From Takakia lepidozioides (lineage: Eukaryota; Plantae; Bryophyta), in NCBI GenBank assembly GCA_030704615.1, contig CM060734.1:10230001-10294000 (forward strand): DNA of 64,000 bases, in the 5' to 3' direction. The position numbers and the translations under genes were made by a program. How positions within the stretch are numbered: the first letter of the stretch is position 1; each line of letters begins with the position of its first letter. This document shows, piece by piece, positions 37,451 through 49,979 of the stretch. The notes below the pieces were generated by a model. It saw nothing but the letters and a program-made list of their open reading frames with translations. It was not told where the DNA came from and ran no database searches.

Positions 37451-39336
37451 GCTGGCACTCTTTTCGTGTACTTTGTGCATTCATGATCTGTCGGCGGGGT
37501 CACTAAGAAAGGTCCATCCATTTGACCATTTGAATGGTCTCCCCGACCGGTCTGTCAATCGGGTCGCTTTCAGGCATCCATCTAGAAGGTCCACTAGTTG
37601 GATGCGCAACAAATTTCGCCGGACATTCCCACTGGCAAGGTCCACATGCTGGGTCCACCTGCAAACAACATTGAAGACACACAACTCGGGAGCAAATCTG
37701 AATTTTATATAGCCAACTATGCACATATGCTTCCGCCATTTTTGCAATGTTGTTCTACACATGGTATATGGAGGACTCGCCTCAAAGAAGACAATGATAC
37801 AAGGGAAAGAACGATTCACAATTGCTGTCCACTAAAATGACTCGCTGAATACTTCCGATTGTTAGTAAAGAGCTACATACTTCCAACCATTTTCACTTCC
37901 ATTCAAGTCTGCACTGTAAACTCAACGTAAACACGGACCTCTTCCGCGCCCTCATACAGTCCCATGTATAGGCGAACAACAAAGCAAAAGAAAGTAGAAG
38001 CATATGAACGAAGGAGGCTGTGGCTTGAAACGATGGACTCCGACGTTGTCCTAGAAGTCCACAACTCCTTCGCGCTGAGTCATGCTCCAGGATTCTTCAC
38101 AACCGCGCTTACAACATTGCAAGAATCTGTTGGGTCCAAACAACAAACAACAAACAACAAACAACAAAAGGCAGGGAAGACAAAACGAGGAACGAGGGAA
38201 GACAATGAACGAGGGAAGACGAAAGAGGAGGAAACAGAAAAAGAGCAAAGGGGTCCTAGGAGCCGATCGGCGGCTGCGATGTGATGCCCTAAATCCGGAT
38301 GGTCTGGATAAAAACGGGGTTGGACGGGCAGATGCGCGCCACATCTGCTCGGGTCTACTCGGATGTGCAGGTTCAGTATGGTCTGTCGCAGCGAGAAGGG
38401 TGGACCCAGCCGCAGGCGTGGGGGGTGACTGAGCAGCTGCGCGCCATGGGTGCTGCGGGCCTGGCGACCGCTCTGCGCGGCTGGTCGGTGGGGAGGTGGG
38501 TGGAGGCGACCCCGCGTCCGTGCGCTGCCTGGCCCACACTGTGAGACTTAAAGACCCAATTAATCTAAAATGAGAGGCGTTTCGAACCAAACCAGTTTTT
38601 TTGTTTTGTTTAGGATTCACACATGGAGGGACAAGTTGTAATTTTAGGGTTGAAGGGATAGGGAGTAGGACTTCTTTATTGCATCTATCAAGCCATGAAG
38701 CCCTCTCAACCGGAAGTGGGTGAGGGAAAGGTCCCTAATCCCTATGCAGTGGAGTGACGAGTTTTGAACCCAACATCACATGCACCCAAGGTGACGGAAC
38801 TGGGTTTTTTGGGTTTTTTAGGGTGTGTGATTCCCTTGCCTGCCTCCTCTGCCCATGACGATGCCCTTTGAGGCCCGCGCACATGCACCTTTGCTCATTC
38901 CCATTCGCCTGGTGAGCGAATTACCCCTTGGCGGGCCCCACGTCAAGGAAGGGCCATACCGGGCAGATGCAGCAAACGGTTGGTAGGCCCCGTCGTGTTT
39001 TTCTTTTTGGAGTTGGTTTTTACCGAAGCACGGTGCTTGCCCTTACATGCTCAAGTGCTTGCCACTACATGCTCAGGTGTTTGTTTAACAAAACCAACCA
39101 CAGGAAAATGGACCGAGCTTTCATGGGGAGGGTTTTGCTAGTTTTTGTGTGCTTGAAGAGCTTGCACATTTTTTGCACATTGTGAGGAGAGGAAGAAGAA
39201 GACCCTTCAACTCCCTCTAAGAGATAACCCAAGAAAGAGCTGGGAAGAGAATCTTCCATGTTTTCTCTACTATAGAGAAAGCATACACTTAAAAAATCAA
39301 AACCCTATGGAGTACAGTACGGCAGGTAGCCGCCGC

Positions 39337-40815
39337 ATATCCGTAATCTAGGATTAGCCTCAAGAGAGGCTTGTCCCTACAGGAAGCCACTCATTAATGG
39401 CTATAATGAAGCCTTCTGCCATTTAATGCAGTCAACCAGCCCCGCTATCGGCCCATATGCCCTTTCCTCGCCAAGCCCCCTTGCTCGCCATACTCCTGAC
39501 CATACATGCGCCCTACCATGCTCTATGAGCCCTCCCCCATGCTCCATGCCAGGCCCCATGCTGCATGCTCCATAGCATGTTTGTTATACATGGATGAATT
39601 AAGGGATGAATGAGGTTAGGATCTTTTAGGGCGGCGGCTGGTTGAGGGTTTTGTTTGTTTGTTTGGGGCTTAGTGAGTTCTTTGCAAACTAAGGAAACCT
39701 TGAATGTGCTTCCTCCAAACATATTAAGGTATACCATCATGTTAGGGAAACCTCGATCGCAATTTCCTCTAGACATATCTTATATCACCAAAGTGATATG
39801 CCAGGGAAACCTCGACCGCGGTCTCCTCTAAACATGTCTTGTATCACTTAAGTGATATGCCAGGGAAACCTCAACCTCGGTTTCCTCGAAGCTCTTGAAC
39901 GCCCTGCACCACATCAAAGTGTTTAGTGATCCACAAGCTCACCTCACTAATCTAATCTACTCATAACCGCGTTCACTAATCCACTCACTAATCCATAGAA
40001 CCCCGCTGTTTGCTTTGAGAGCCAAGATAAGCAATGTTTAAATAGTCGTGACCCTAACGAGCCTAAACCCACCCCTAACCTCATCCATTTTAGACTCATC
40101 CCACTAAAATCATCTATGGATAACAAATATGACCATGGAGCATGCGGCATGGGGCCTCGCATGGAGCATGGCAGGGCAGCATGCATGGCGAGGAGTGGGT
40201 TTGGCTATCAAGGGGCATGGCGAGGAAATGGCAGGTGGCCCGGGCCGGCTCAGAATTTTGTGTGGCCTCGTCGTTATGAGGCTGGTCAGACGACCGTCAG
40301 GCTGTCTCATTAATATAGGAGCGAACTACCTTCATACGTCAAGGACTTAGAATTTTTTGGCATATGAATTTTACAACTACCTCCATGCAGGTAGTTTTAG
40401 GATTTTCTACATGAAGGTAGTTGCAAAACCAAGCTGAACTACCTGCATGAGAGTAGTTGCATACCACCCGAGGAGGTAGTTACCAGTAAGCGCCAACCAC
40501 CGGAACTACCGTTTTAGGAATGGAACCCAAGCCCTCCATCGCCAAATCGCCATCGACCTACCAACCAGACCACAACCTCCGCCCTGCCAAGTTTTTCGAT
40601 ATATAAGAGAAACAGGGGAATAGGGATCCTTTTAATGTAGCGGGGCCGCTGTCAGGTCCTGTCCCCTCTGCAACCCTGCGGCCTCATTACGACGAGGCCA
40701 CACAAAATTCTGAGGCCCGGGGGCCTGCCTCTTGGCATTAATGACAAAGCCCATTAATGTGCCCTGCCTTGTAGGGACAAGGCCTCTCTTTAGGCTAATC
40801 CTAGATTACAAATAT
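39337..40815. mobile_element. Foldback-like non-autonomous TIR element with nested inverted repeats
   Basis: Outer ~70-bp IR GTAATCTAGGATTAGCCT.AAGAGAGG. Inner IR 39535-39620 vs 40074-40172. IR 40250-40285 vs 40680-40713. Three ~60-bp tandem repeats at 39740-39890. Confidence 0.7.
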
Positions 40816-42903
40816 CCTGAGGCGTCGCAGCCGCAGCAGGTGCGAGACAACGCAGCCCCGTTTTTACTGGGTAAATAAGGATTTCTACTGCGCAAGATGA
40901 AAAAAAAAATCACTTTACCCCTGGCGAAGCGAACGTGGGGTTCGCTTCGGGTTCGCTTCCCCACGTTCGCCGCGGTGACACGCCCTGCCAGGGCGAATTC
41001 GCCCCACTGACAGGCGAGTTCGCCACTTTTTGCGCTCATGTGCGCGGGCCTTGTGTTGGGCGTTGAGGTTGACGCTGCCCGACTACCCTCAAGGTTGATC
41101 TAGGGCCCATCGCTCACTCTTCGAGTTGGAGAATAAGAAAGCATTATGGCAAGTGATGGGAGTGCCAAGTACGAAGAAAAGGGGCAGAAAGTATGTAGCT
41201 GGATAGCACTGGTGTGTTTGCAGGGGCTGTGTGGTGCAGCTTTGGTGGCAGGCGTGAGGATTGTGCCTTCTATGATGGGCTTGCATCTCATTACCGAGAC
41301 TGTGAAAACCCTACAGATCACTCTGGTGCGACATCTGTCTGTATTCATCCCGGTTTTGTAAAGGTCTTCTATCGCGGGAAGACTTCTTATTGATGAGGAA
41401 GAAGTCAGCGAAGGAATTGGAGGAAGGCCCATGGGATGTTTCAAGAGCTGTATTTCCGTAGACATTTCTGGCTGCATTGAAATGAGGAATGTTTATAAGG
41501 AGCATGTCAGCCTTCTTCCCAGCTTATTACATGCAGCACGAAAAAATAGCTTCAGGACCGCGACTTTACTCGAGGGAAGAAGAACAGTGTGGAAATAGTA
41601 GAAAGATAATTTCATAACCTTCAAATACAATCTTTAGAAAAATGATAAGCAGGGTATTGCAAAACTCTAGGGCGACAAGGCTTCCGAATTACTGGATAAA
41701 CAGCTCCTCTAGCTCTATTGTTGTGGTTCCAAGGAGTGGTTGTATTAAGGAGAGTGACAACCTGGATCCAGATGTTGCCAAATATCGTGCAATAAGAATC
41801 CAGGTGTGCAGTAAGCTGTTTTGAGAATGAGTTTCCTGTGAAGGAGAGCTGTGCATACTGCCCTTTGGGAAGGATGCTGCTGCAAATGCTGGTTGACAAA
41901 GACAAGTCTTTGTCAGCAGAGCTGTAAGCATTGTGCTGGTTAATCACTTCCCACAAGATGGATTTATATATCTGGATGCTCAACAGTTTGGTCACCGGTG
42001 CATTGTGCAGGCTCTTGCTTTACCTGTTTTCCTGGCAACGTATGCCTCCATTGTGATGCTATCCTCCAAGCCTTCTTCAGTGAGTTGCTTTTACTTTCAA
42101 ATTTTGGGTATCATGCAAGATCTCCTGCCCTATTTGAGGATTGTTTCCTCTCTGTGTTTGCAAGCAGCCTTCTCTTTGACTGCTGTGGCCCCCTATGTTT
42201 GTCTGAACTCTGGAGTTGTCATTGGTTGTTAGGGTTTTCAATTCAAATGGTATCTTCGGTTTTGAGGGTTGTCAGCACAGCTTTGCACTCAATCAGTGTT
42301 GTGATGTCATTACCTATGACAGTAAGGGCAAGGGGTTTGGTGGTGCATGGCAGGTCTTGCAGGCTCTTGGAAATGGCCTTCTTAGCCTTCCTGTAGGTTG
42401 TTTCTGCACCTTGCTGTCAGTTTCAGAGTTGTTGTCTCACATATGTCTTTGCTGCATGTGAGATTCTGAGAACATTAGTATAACACAATCAACATCTAAT
42501 ATCTACCAGTCTGGAATCATAAATGACGGCTGATGAATAAATACTCGATAAGCTGTTGTGAAAATGTAAGCAATATTGAATCATTCATGGTTTTTGATGA
42601 TCGGTACAGTCTTCAAGTATATTGAAATTAATGGGGATGTCCAGCTATCGCCATCTTAGATGGAGAGTTCACAGCCATGGGCTTTCTGACTGCACTGGCT
42701 TGCATAACAGCCCAGGGAGGAGAGGTTTTTCTGGCATGTTTTCACACAGGAAGTAGACAGGCCGCTGAAGTTAGGTTTGTGATGAGTGCAGGAGCAGGGC
42801 TGGCAGTGCTTGTAGCATTTGCATTTGGTGCACCAATCTCTCTGCAGTAAGTTGTATCCTATGTCCTTTAACTTCTGGCTTATCCTCTCCCTCTTTCTCT
42901 CTC

Positions 42904-44976
42904 TTGGTCTATGCTCCCATTAGTTCTTCTGAGATTGTGGAAGCAATTGAACATTTACATGGATATAAAGCCGGTGGACCTGATGGTATTGTCAACGAGC
43001 TTATCAAGCACGGTGGCGATCCCATGATAGAGGCCCTAGTTCTCCTCTTTAACCTTATCTGGAAGACTGAAATGATCCCCTTTCGCTGGCGACAGGGGAT
43101 CATTGTCAATCTATACAAGAAGGGTGACAGAGAAGAACCGGGGAACTACCGTGGCATCACGCTCCTCAATGCTGTTGGCAAGACATTCTGCAGAGTTATA
43201 AGTACTCGTCTCGAGGTTGATCTGGAGTCTAGAGGTTGTTTCCACGAAGGCCAAGCTGGCTTTCGGCGAAACAGGGGCTGTGTGGATCATATCTTCACTC
43301 TAAGCCAGATTATCCAGGGAAGGAAAAAAGAAGGGAAACCCACTTATGTCTTTTTCCTGGATGTCAAAAAGGCTTATGACACAGTGTGGAGAGATGGCCT
43401 ATGGTTCCGCCTCTGGTCTTGTGGGATCAAGGGAAAGATGTGGAGAGTTGTCCACAACTTGTATGCTCACACCAAAAGCTGTGTCACTGTTAACGGACAG
43501 AAGTCCAACTTCTTTGACATAGACCAAGGTGTAGCTCAAGGATGTACTCTCTCCCCTCTGCTCTTCAATGTTTTCATCAATCAACTCCTCGAGGATGTGG
43601 AAAGTGAGGGATTTGGGTTAAGGGTGGGTGATACCACCATACCAGCCCTTATGTTTGCGGATGACTTCGCAGGCATAGGGGAGACTCCAACCAATCTCCA
43701 GGAGTTGATTGCGCAGAGATACTTTGATCTTTGGGGGCTAGAGGCTAATGTCAGCAAATGTGCAGTGGTAGCATTCAACGACAGAGGAGAGGGAGGAAGT
43801 GATCTTAAGTGGCAGTGGGGTAGCCAAGAGATCCCGGTCCTCCCTTCCTACACTTACCTGGGCGTTGAGTTCTCCTCCAATTGTAATTGGAATGCACATA
43901 TCCGGAATGTTGTTCAAACTGGCAAGGGCAAAGCTCTGGGGCTCACTAAATTTTTCCACTGCAGAGGGGTCAACTCTGAGGTTAAGAAAACCATGCTTTG
44001 TCGCGTTATTAGACCTGCCTTGGATTACGGATCTGCTATATGGGTTGATAACTCCAACCAGGCTAAGTCTCTAGAATCCATTCAAGTGGGGGTGCTTAAG
44101 GAGTGTATGTCAGCATGCTCCAAAACAGCCAATGTGGCTGTTCGGGGTGAGTTTGGCATTCCGTCCTTAAGCTCCCGACAAGATGAATTCGAGGTCAGAT
44201 GGTGGGGTCAGCTGCAACATATGCCCAACACCAGATATCCTAAGTTAATCGACTCTATATCTTGGAAACAGGACCGCCCTGTCAAACAGGCTAAGTCCTG
44301 GCAGAAGAGAGTAGAAGAGATCCTCAAGGACCTGGACCTGGATCCGCAAGTCTTGACCCTGCTGGATAAATCTGACTTAGAGGCTGTAGTGTCCTCAGCC
44401 ATGTCTGTTGCCATGAGATTGTCTGATGAAAATGAAGTTAGGCAGAAAACTTCCCTGAACTTGTTTTCAGTCTGTGACATGGGGGAGGACATCTTGGATG
44501 ACCTCAAGGGTCTAGACTGAAATTTAAACTCAGGGCAGGAAGCCTACCTTTGAACAGCAAACAGAAGCAGAGAGGAAAGGGAGAGTGCAATTGCCCGTTG
44601 TGTGGGCAATCTGAAGACAGTATTCATTTTCTGATACACTGTCCGGGGTTCTCTCACCAAAGAGACGCTCTCTTCAAATCTATTAAGGGAATTGTGCCTG
44701 TACCCCTGTTTACCAACTTTGAAAGTCTCGAGGCTGAGCCAAAAGCCCAGGCCCTCCTGAGGCCTAGTTTTTGGGCAAATCACACACAGCAGATTGATGC
44801 TTGTGTGAAGGGATTTCTAGAGGATATCTGGAAAACCTGGATTAATTCTTTATATGGAGGTAAGTCTTACTACCAACGTCAGCCCCTGACAGAGGTAGGT
44901 TCTGTCCCTTTTGTTCCCGCTCAAACTGGGCGTGGGGTAAATGGCCACAAGGCTACGGCAAACAACGTCTTATGAG

Positions 44977-44981
<5 letters not shown>
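42904..44981 (+). mobile_element. 5'-truncated non-LTR retrotransposon (RTE/RTEX-like RT plus C-terminal CCHC finger)
   Basis: Motifs KAGGPDGI, NYRGITLL, QAGFR, FLDVKKAYDTV, GVAQGCTLSPLLF, MFADD, YTYLG and CPLC...EDSIHFLIHC. A 16-bp deletion at ~44513 (relative to the second copy) shifts the frame. (TC)n tail at 44982-45016. Confidence 0.93.
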
Positions 44982-45021
<40 letters not shown>

Positions 45022-45023
45022 TG

Positions 45024-45900
45024 AGTTAGGCAGAAAACTTCCCTGAACTTGTTTCCAGTCTGTGACGTGGGGGAGGACATCTTGGATGACCTCAAGGGTC
45101 TACCCACTCTCGGCACTAGACTGAAATTTAAACTCAGGGCAGGAAGCCTACTTTGAACAGCAAACAGAAGCAGAGAGGAAAGGGAGAGTGCAATTGCCCG
45201 TTGTGTGGGCAATCTGAAGACAGTATTCATTTTCTGATACACTGTCCGGGGTTCTCTCACCAAAGAGACGCTCTCTTCAAATCTATTAAGGGAATTGTGC
45301 CTGTACCCCTGTTTACCAACTTTGAAAGTCTCGAGGCTGAGCCAAAAGCCCAGGCCCTCCTGAGGCCTAGTTTTTGGGCAAATCACACACAGCAGATTGA
45401 TGCTTGTGTGAAGGGATTTCTAGAGGATATCTGGAAAACCCGGATTAATTCTTTATATGGAGGTAAGTCTTACTACCAACGTCAGCCCCTGACAGAGGTA
45501 GGTTCTGTCCCTTTTGTTCCCGCTCAAACTGGGCGCGGGGTCAATGGCCACAAGGCTACGGCAAACAACGTCTTATGAGTACAATCTCTCTGTAATTGCC
45601 CAATGTGTGGGCACCCTGCAGACAATATCCATTTTCTGATACATTGTCTATACCATGGTAAGTCAGACTTCTGGAGTGAGGCCCCCACAAAGGTAGTTTC
45701 TGTTCCCTTTAGTTCCACCCAAACTGGGGGCGGGGTCTATGTCCACAAGGCTGTGGCAAACAATTGTCTTATGAGTACATTCTCTTTGGTCTAGGCCACA
45801 AGGCTACGGCAATCAATCTCTTATGCACTCTCTCTTTTCTCTCCCTCTCTCCTGTTGTTGTCAGGCTACGGCAAACAAAGGCTTATGAGTACTTCTCCTG
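45024..45900 (+). mobile_element. Four further, progressively shorter 3' ends of the same LINE
   Basis: 45024-45590 is nearly identical to 44436-44987. The 3' motif (C)AGGCT(A/G)(C/T)GGCAA...CTTATG recurs at ~45546, ~45742, ~45794 and ~45863. Confidence 0.85.
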
Positions 45901-47559
45901 TTGTTGTGTCTGGGTTGTCTTTCAAGTGGTTTTTTGTTTCTTATGTATCATGTGCTATAAGCTCTTCAGGCATTTATTGGATGTTGTAGAGCACTTTTCT
46001 GTCTCTCTTTTCTTTCCTGCATGAGGCACTCCATCTTTGGATGTCATTTCTTGTTTATTGAAGGTGGTTTCTGCTTTTTTTTCACTTTGCCCTCCCCCTT
46101 CTCTTTCTCTGTCTCACTTTGCTCCCTCCCTCAATCATTCTCTGATACATTTCAAACAGACCTTCCTTATCTTCATTTTCATGTGGCATATCAAGTGATT
46201 ACTCTTGACCCATCTCCCTCAGCAGATTTCTACCAACAAAAGATGAATGCGGCTCACTTTGGCTGTGATCACAGGTATGCAGTAAGGACATGGTATTGGG
46301 CATGCCTCATGTCCGTGCTTGTGGTGAGTTTTCCAACTTTCTTGTTTATTGGAGGTATTTGAAACCTAATCTCTCAATTTCCCTGGGGGTTCCTAGAAAG
46401 TTTCTGTGAACAGGATTACGTCTTAGGGGGACATATATTGAACTCCATCTGTAGCAATCGGCAAGTTCTTACTGGCACTTTCTAATCTTTGGTTTATATC
46501 AGTAGGCCTATGGATGTGATCTGATGTGAGCATAGTTTGCATTCTTTCTATCTTCCTGAATCCCTTTCAGTGTGAATCTTTCTTTCAGTCAATAGTGACT
46601 TAATTTTTGCGGTGAGATAGGTGGTACCGGCAGCAATGGTCCTTGGAGCATCATGGTCAGACTGGCAGCGACTTTTTGCTTTCACCAGGTGCCTAGTGTG
46701 TGCCTCTTCTTATAGTGCTTCAGACAAGTGTTGTTGAACTGGATTTTATTCACTTTCTAGCCACTGTCCCAGAGGTCAATGATGTTATCCTCTTTGAACT
46801 TCCTTGCTTGGTAAATATCTTTGACCAAACATCAGACCTTGATTTTGAAGTGGCTCACTGTATTAATTGTTGGAATCCCAATGTAGGAGTTGCCAGTCAA
46901 ACCTCACCTTGCAGCACTCGATAGTGTAGCAAGGGTCAATGCTCTCTCTTGCTCTCTTACATCGAGTATCCTGAACAGATGAATGTCGTGCCCGGCTGAA
47001 CTTCAATTGAGCTGTACTGCGAGTAGCTAGGCTTGCAACTAGCCGATCTGAGCTGGATACTAGCAAGCAAATGCAACTCTTGAGTCAGTTGTCATGCCAC
47101 CTTTGGTCAACTGTTTGTGAAGTGGTACGTCCATTTTTTGGGCCACTTTGTATCTCTTGTTTATCTTGTAGGTAACTGTCTTTTTGTTCTGGTCCAGACC
47201 AAAGGATGGAGTGGAATTGGCTGTTTGTGTTCCTGCACATGGAGTTGCCATAGGTGCTTGGTTGGGAGCGTGGCCAATGCCCCTAGACTGGGAGCGTCCC
47301 TGGCAGGTTTGCAATTGTTCCTTCTTGATAGTTTGTACTTAACAGCTTGCAAAATTGTTATTGTGATGATGACAACTTTCTTCTACGTCTCCCTGTGGCC
47401 TTGAGAATCGTTCTTGCCAGAATTCAACTTCTCTAAAGCGCTTCACTTTAGCAGCCTATGTTCTACATGGCAAGTTGGATTGACATCTGGATAAATGCTG
47501 GTGTATCATGGAAATGTTGGGAGAAAAGAGAGGATGGAGAGATATGCATCTAAGATAGC

Positions 47560-48720
47560 GTCTTGGCGTGATGCACAGGAATGGCCAATTTGCTGCACAT
47601 ATGGTGCCATTGGAGGATATTTGCTGGGCTTGACTGTCTCTGTAGTCCTCTCTTATATAAGCTCAAGACAATCTCATTCCAAAAAGGACTGACCTGGCTG
47701 CAGTGCTATGTGGGCAGCAACATAGAGCAAGTCCTCTTTTTGAGCCCCCTGGGACAAAATAAAGTTCCTTTCTATCAGTACTTCTCTACACTGATGTTGT
47801 TGCTCTCTTGGGACAATCTCCTGTCTTCCCTCAACGCCACCTTTGCATACTGGAAGACCTCTCCAAAGACTATGGCCTGCAGGTCAATCTTAGCAAAACT
47901 AAGATCATGGTTTTCAATGGCCATGTGGATTGCAGATTCCACTACAATCAGCAGGACATTGAGGTTGTCAAATCCTATACGTACCTGGGTCTGGTTATCC
48001 TCACCCAAATTCCAGTTTGCCTCAAATGCTATGGACCGATTGACAAAGGGTAGGACTGCCTCCATTCGCCTTCAGGCCAAATGTAAACAGATGCACCTGC
48101 GCCAACCAAAAAGTGGCTCTTTGATACCGTTGTCACCCCAGCCGCCACTTATGGCTGTGAGTTCTGGGCTGTCCCAGTCTCCTGGTGGGAGAAACATTTG
48201 GAACCGCTGCAGTCATCTTTCCTCCAAACAATGCTTGGTGCTTGAAGCACAACTCCATCACCCATTCTATGTGCGGAGTTGGCATGCATGCCACTTCAAA
48301 CCGAAGCTCTAACAACAAAACTCCATTTCCACTAAGAGCATTCTTAGTTCTCCGCGATGTTAGAATCTTGCGGCCTAATTACTTATCTGCGCCTTTATCT
48401 CCCTGTCTTCTGAGAGCATTGGGGTGATTCAGGGTGGTGGGCTCCCCCAATTTACGGATATAGACTGGTAGATGGGATAACTTGCAGCGAGAAGACCAAG
48501 ACCGCCTATGCTCATCATGCACTGGGCCCAACCTTTGTATCAAAACTGAAGAACACTTCTTTTACTGCCCTCTTTACTATGAGATCCGTAGGAGATTCCA
48601 CTGTCTTTTCTGTGAAACCCAATCTCTCATATAAGTCTTCCATTATGAGGATCAGAAATGCTTGGCAGCTTTTCTGCACGAAGCTTTGACCCTTAGGCAA
48701 TCCCTTGAGCAGTAGTTTCT
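47560..48720 (+). mobile_element. Degenerate LINE RT fragment (RTE/RTEX-like)
   Basis: VLLYTDVVAL, GLQVNLSKTKIMVF, IEVVKSYTYLG, TYGCEFW and a C-terminal EEHFFYCPLYYEIR. Confidence 0.75.
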
Positions 48721-48984
48721 TCTCGGCTCTTGCTGGCTTCATTGTCTTTTATTGGCTCTGTCCCAATTTATTTGGGATAGAGGCATTGTAGGGACTCCTT
48801 TTGAGCGGGTATAGAGTGCGAGTAATGGAGGAGGTAGGCTGAATGGGTAAGCCTCCAGATATACCTTCACTAGGTGGTGAGGGTTTGGATCCCCCTTCCC
48901 TAGTTAATACATATATTATTAACTTTAAGGAAGATTAATATATATTCCATTTGAATCATTTGTAAGCTTTCTCATATTGAGAAC

Positions 48985-49348
48985 AGATGACAGAAGACAC
49001 GTGTCAAAAAATAATGACAGGTAATTATAGCGTAGAGCATACACTTTTAATGTATGAGCATCTATATCTATGTATATACATTGTAGTTTAACATACCATC
49101 AATATAGCAGGTGTATCTTGGTGGTGAGAAGGTTGGAATATTTTCCAGCAAGTGTTGGATTCAAACTTTTCATGCCACGTAGAGTATATATTTTTGAAAA
49201 GGCTAGGAACTTGGATGGAAAGGTTCATTCATTTGTAAGTTTTTTTACATTGAGAAGATGAAAGTGGACACGTGTCAAAAGATTAATGATGGGTAATTAC
49301 AGCGTAGAGCATTGACTTTTGATGTGGCAGCGCTTATATAACTAGATA
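48985..49348 (-). repeat. Two ~100-bp direct repeats resembling Helitron 5' ends
   Basis: ACACGTGTCAAAA...GTAATTA.AGCGTAGAGCAT occurs twice. The minus strand starts A|TCTAGTTATATA. Confidence 0.35.
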
Positions 49349-49753
49349 TTCTAGCGACACAAGGTCGGAAGCTAGTTTAGCGTAGAGCAGGAATAGGGTG
49401 CCATAGTGCCACATCATCGTCGCCACGTTTCGTAGCCGTCATCGTTGCCACGTTTCGTCACCACGTCATCAACGTCAAGTTTTTTGGACCCTGCCCGAAA
49501 TGCCCGAAATCACCGAGCTTGAGCTTGTCACTCATGCGCCGCCGCTTCTTTCTTGCTTGTTGTCTTCGTTTGTGTTTGTGCGTCACCACGTCATCAACGT
49601 CAACATTTTTGGACCCTGCCCGAAATGCCCGAAATCACCAAGTTTGTCACTCACTGCCGCTTCTTTCTCGCTCGCTGTCTTCGTTTGTGTTTGCGTGTCT
49701 CCGTGCGCGTCTGCCTTTGTGCGCTAGGTGTGGTTGCTGGAATCATTGGAATC

Positions 49754-49863
49754 ATGGCTGGTGTGGAGGATAGCACCAACAATGCAGGAGCAATTCACAA
49801 CGAGGAGGAGAAAAAGCCTTTGGAGGGGGGGGAGGTCACATTAATCTGAAAGTGAAGGGTCGG
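49754..49863 (+). pseudogene. SUMO: Isolated first exon of a SUMO gene, frameshifted in a G-run
   Basis: MAGVEDSTNNAGAIHNEEEKKPLEGG/GHINLKVKG matches the plant SUMO N-terminus (..EDKKP....HINLKVKGQ). No downstream SUMO exons (DGNEVFF...QTGG) were found. Confidence 0.75.
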
Positions 49864-49979
49864 GCATGGAAGCCCGTGGCATTTTTGTATGGGTTGTTTC
49901 CCTGTTGGGCTTGGAGTCGTTAGGATCGTAGAGAATGGCTTACGTAGGGATGTATTCTTCATCGTCTTCAAGGTTTTGG

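Noticed and set aside
38690-38800. tRNA gene or SINE (GGGTTCAAAAC on minus strand)
   Set aside because: Only a B-box-like motif; no cloverleaf, TSD or second copy in the window.
41050-42470. Degenerate coding-like sequence
   Set aside because: No motif could be identified confidently; it needs a translated search.
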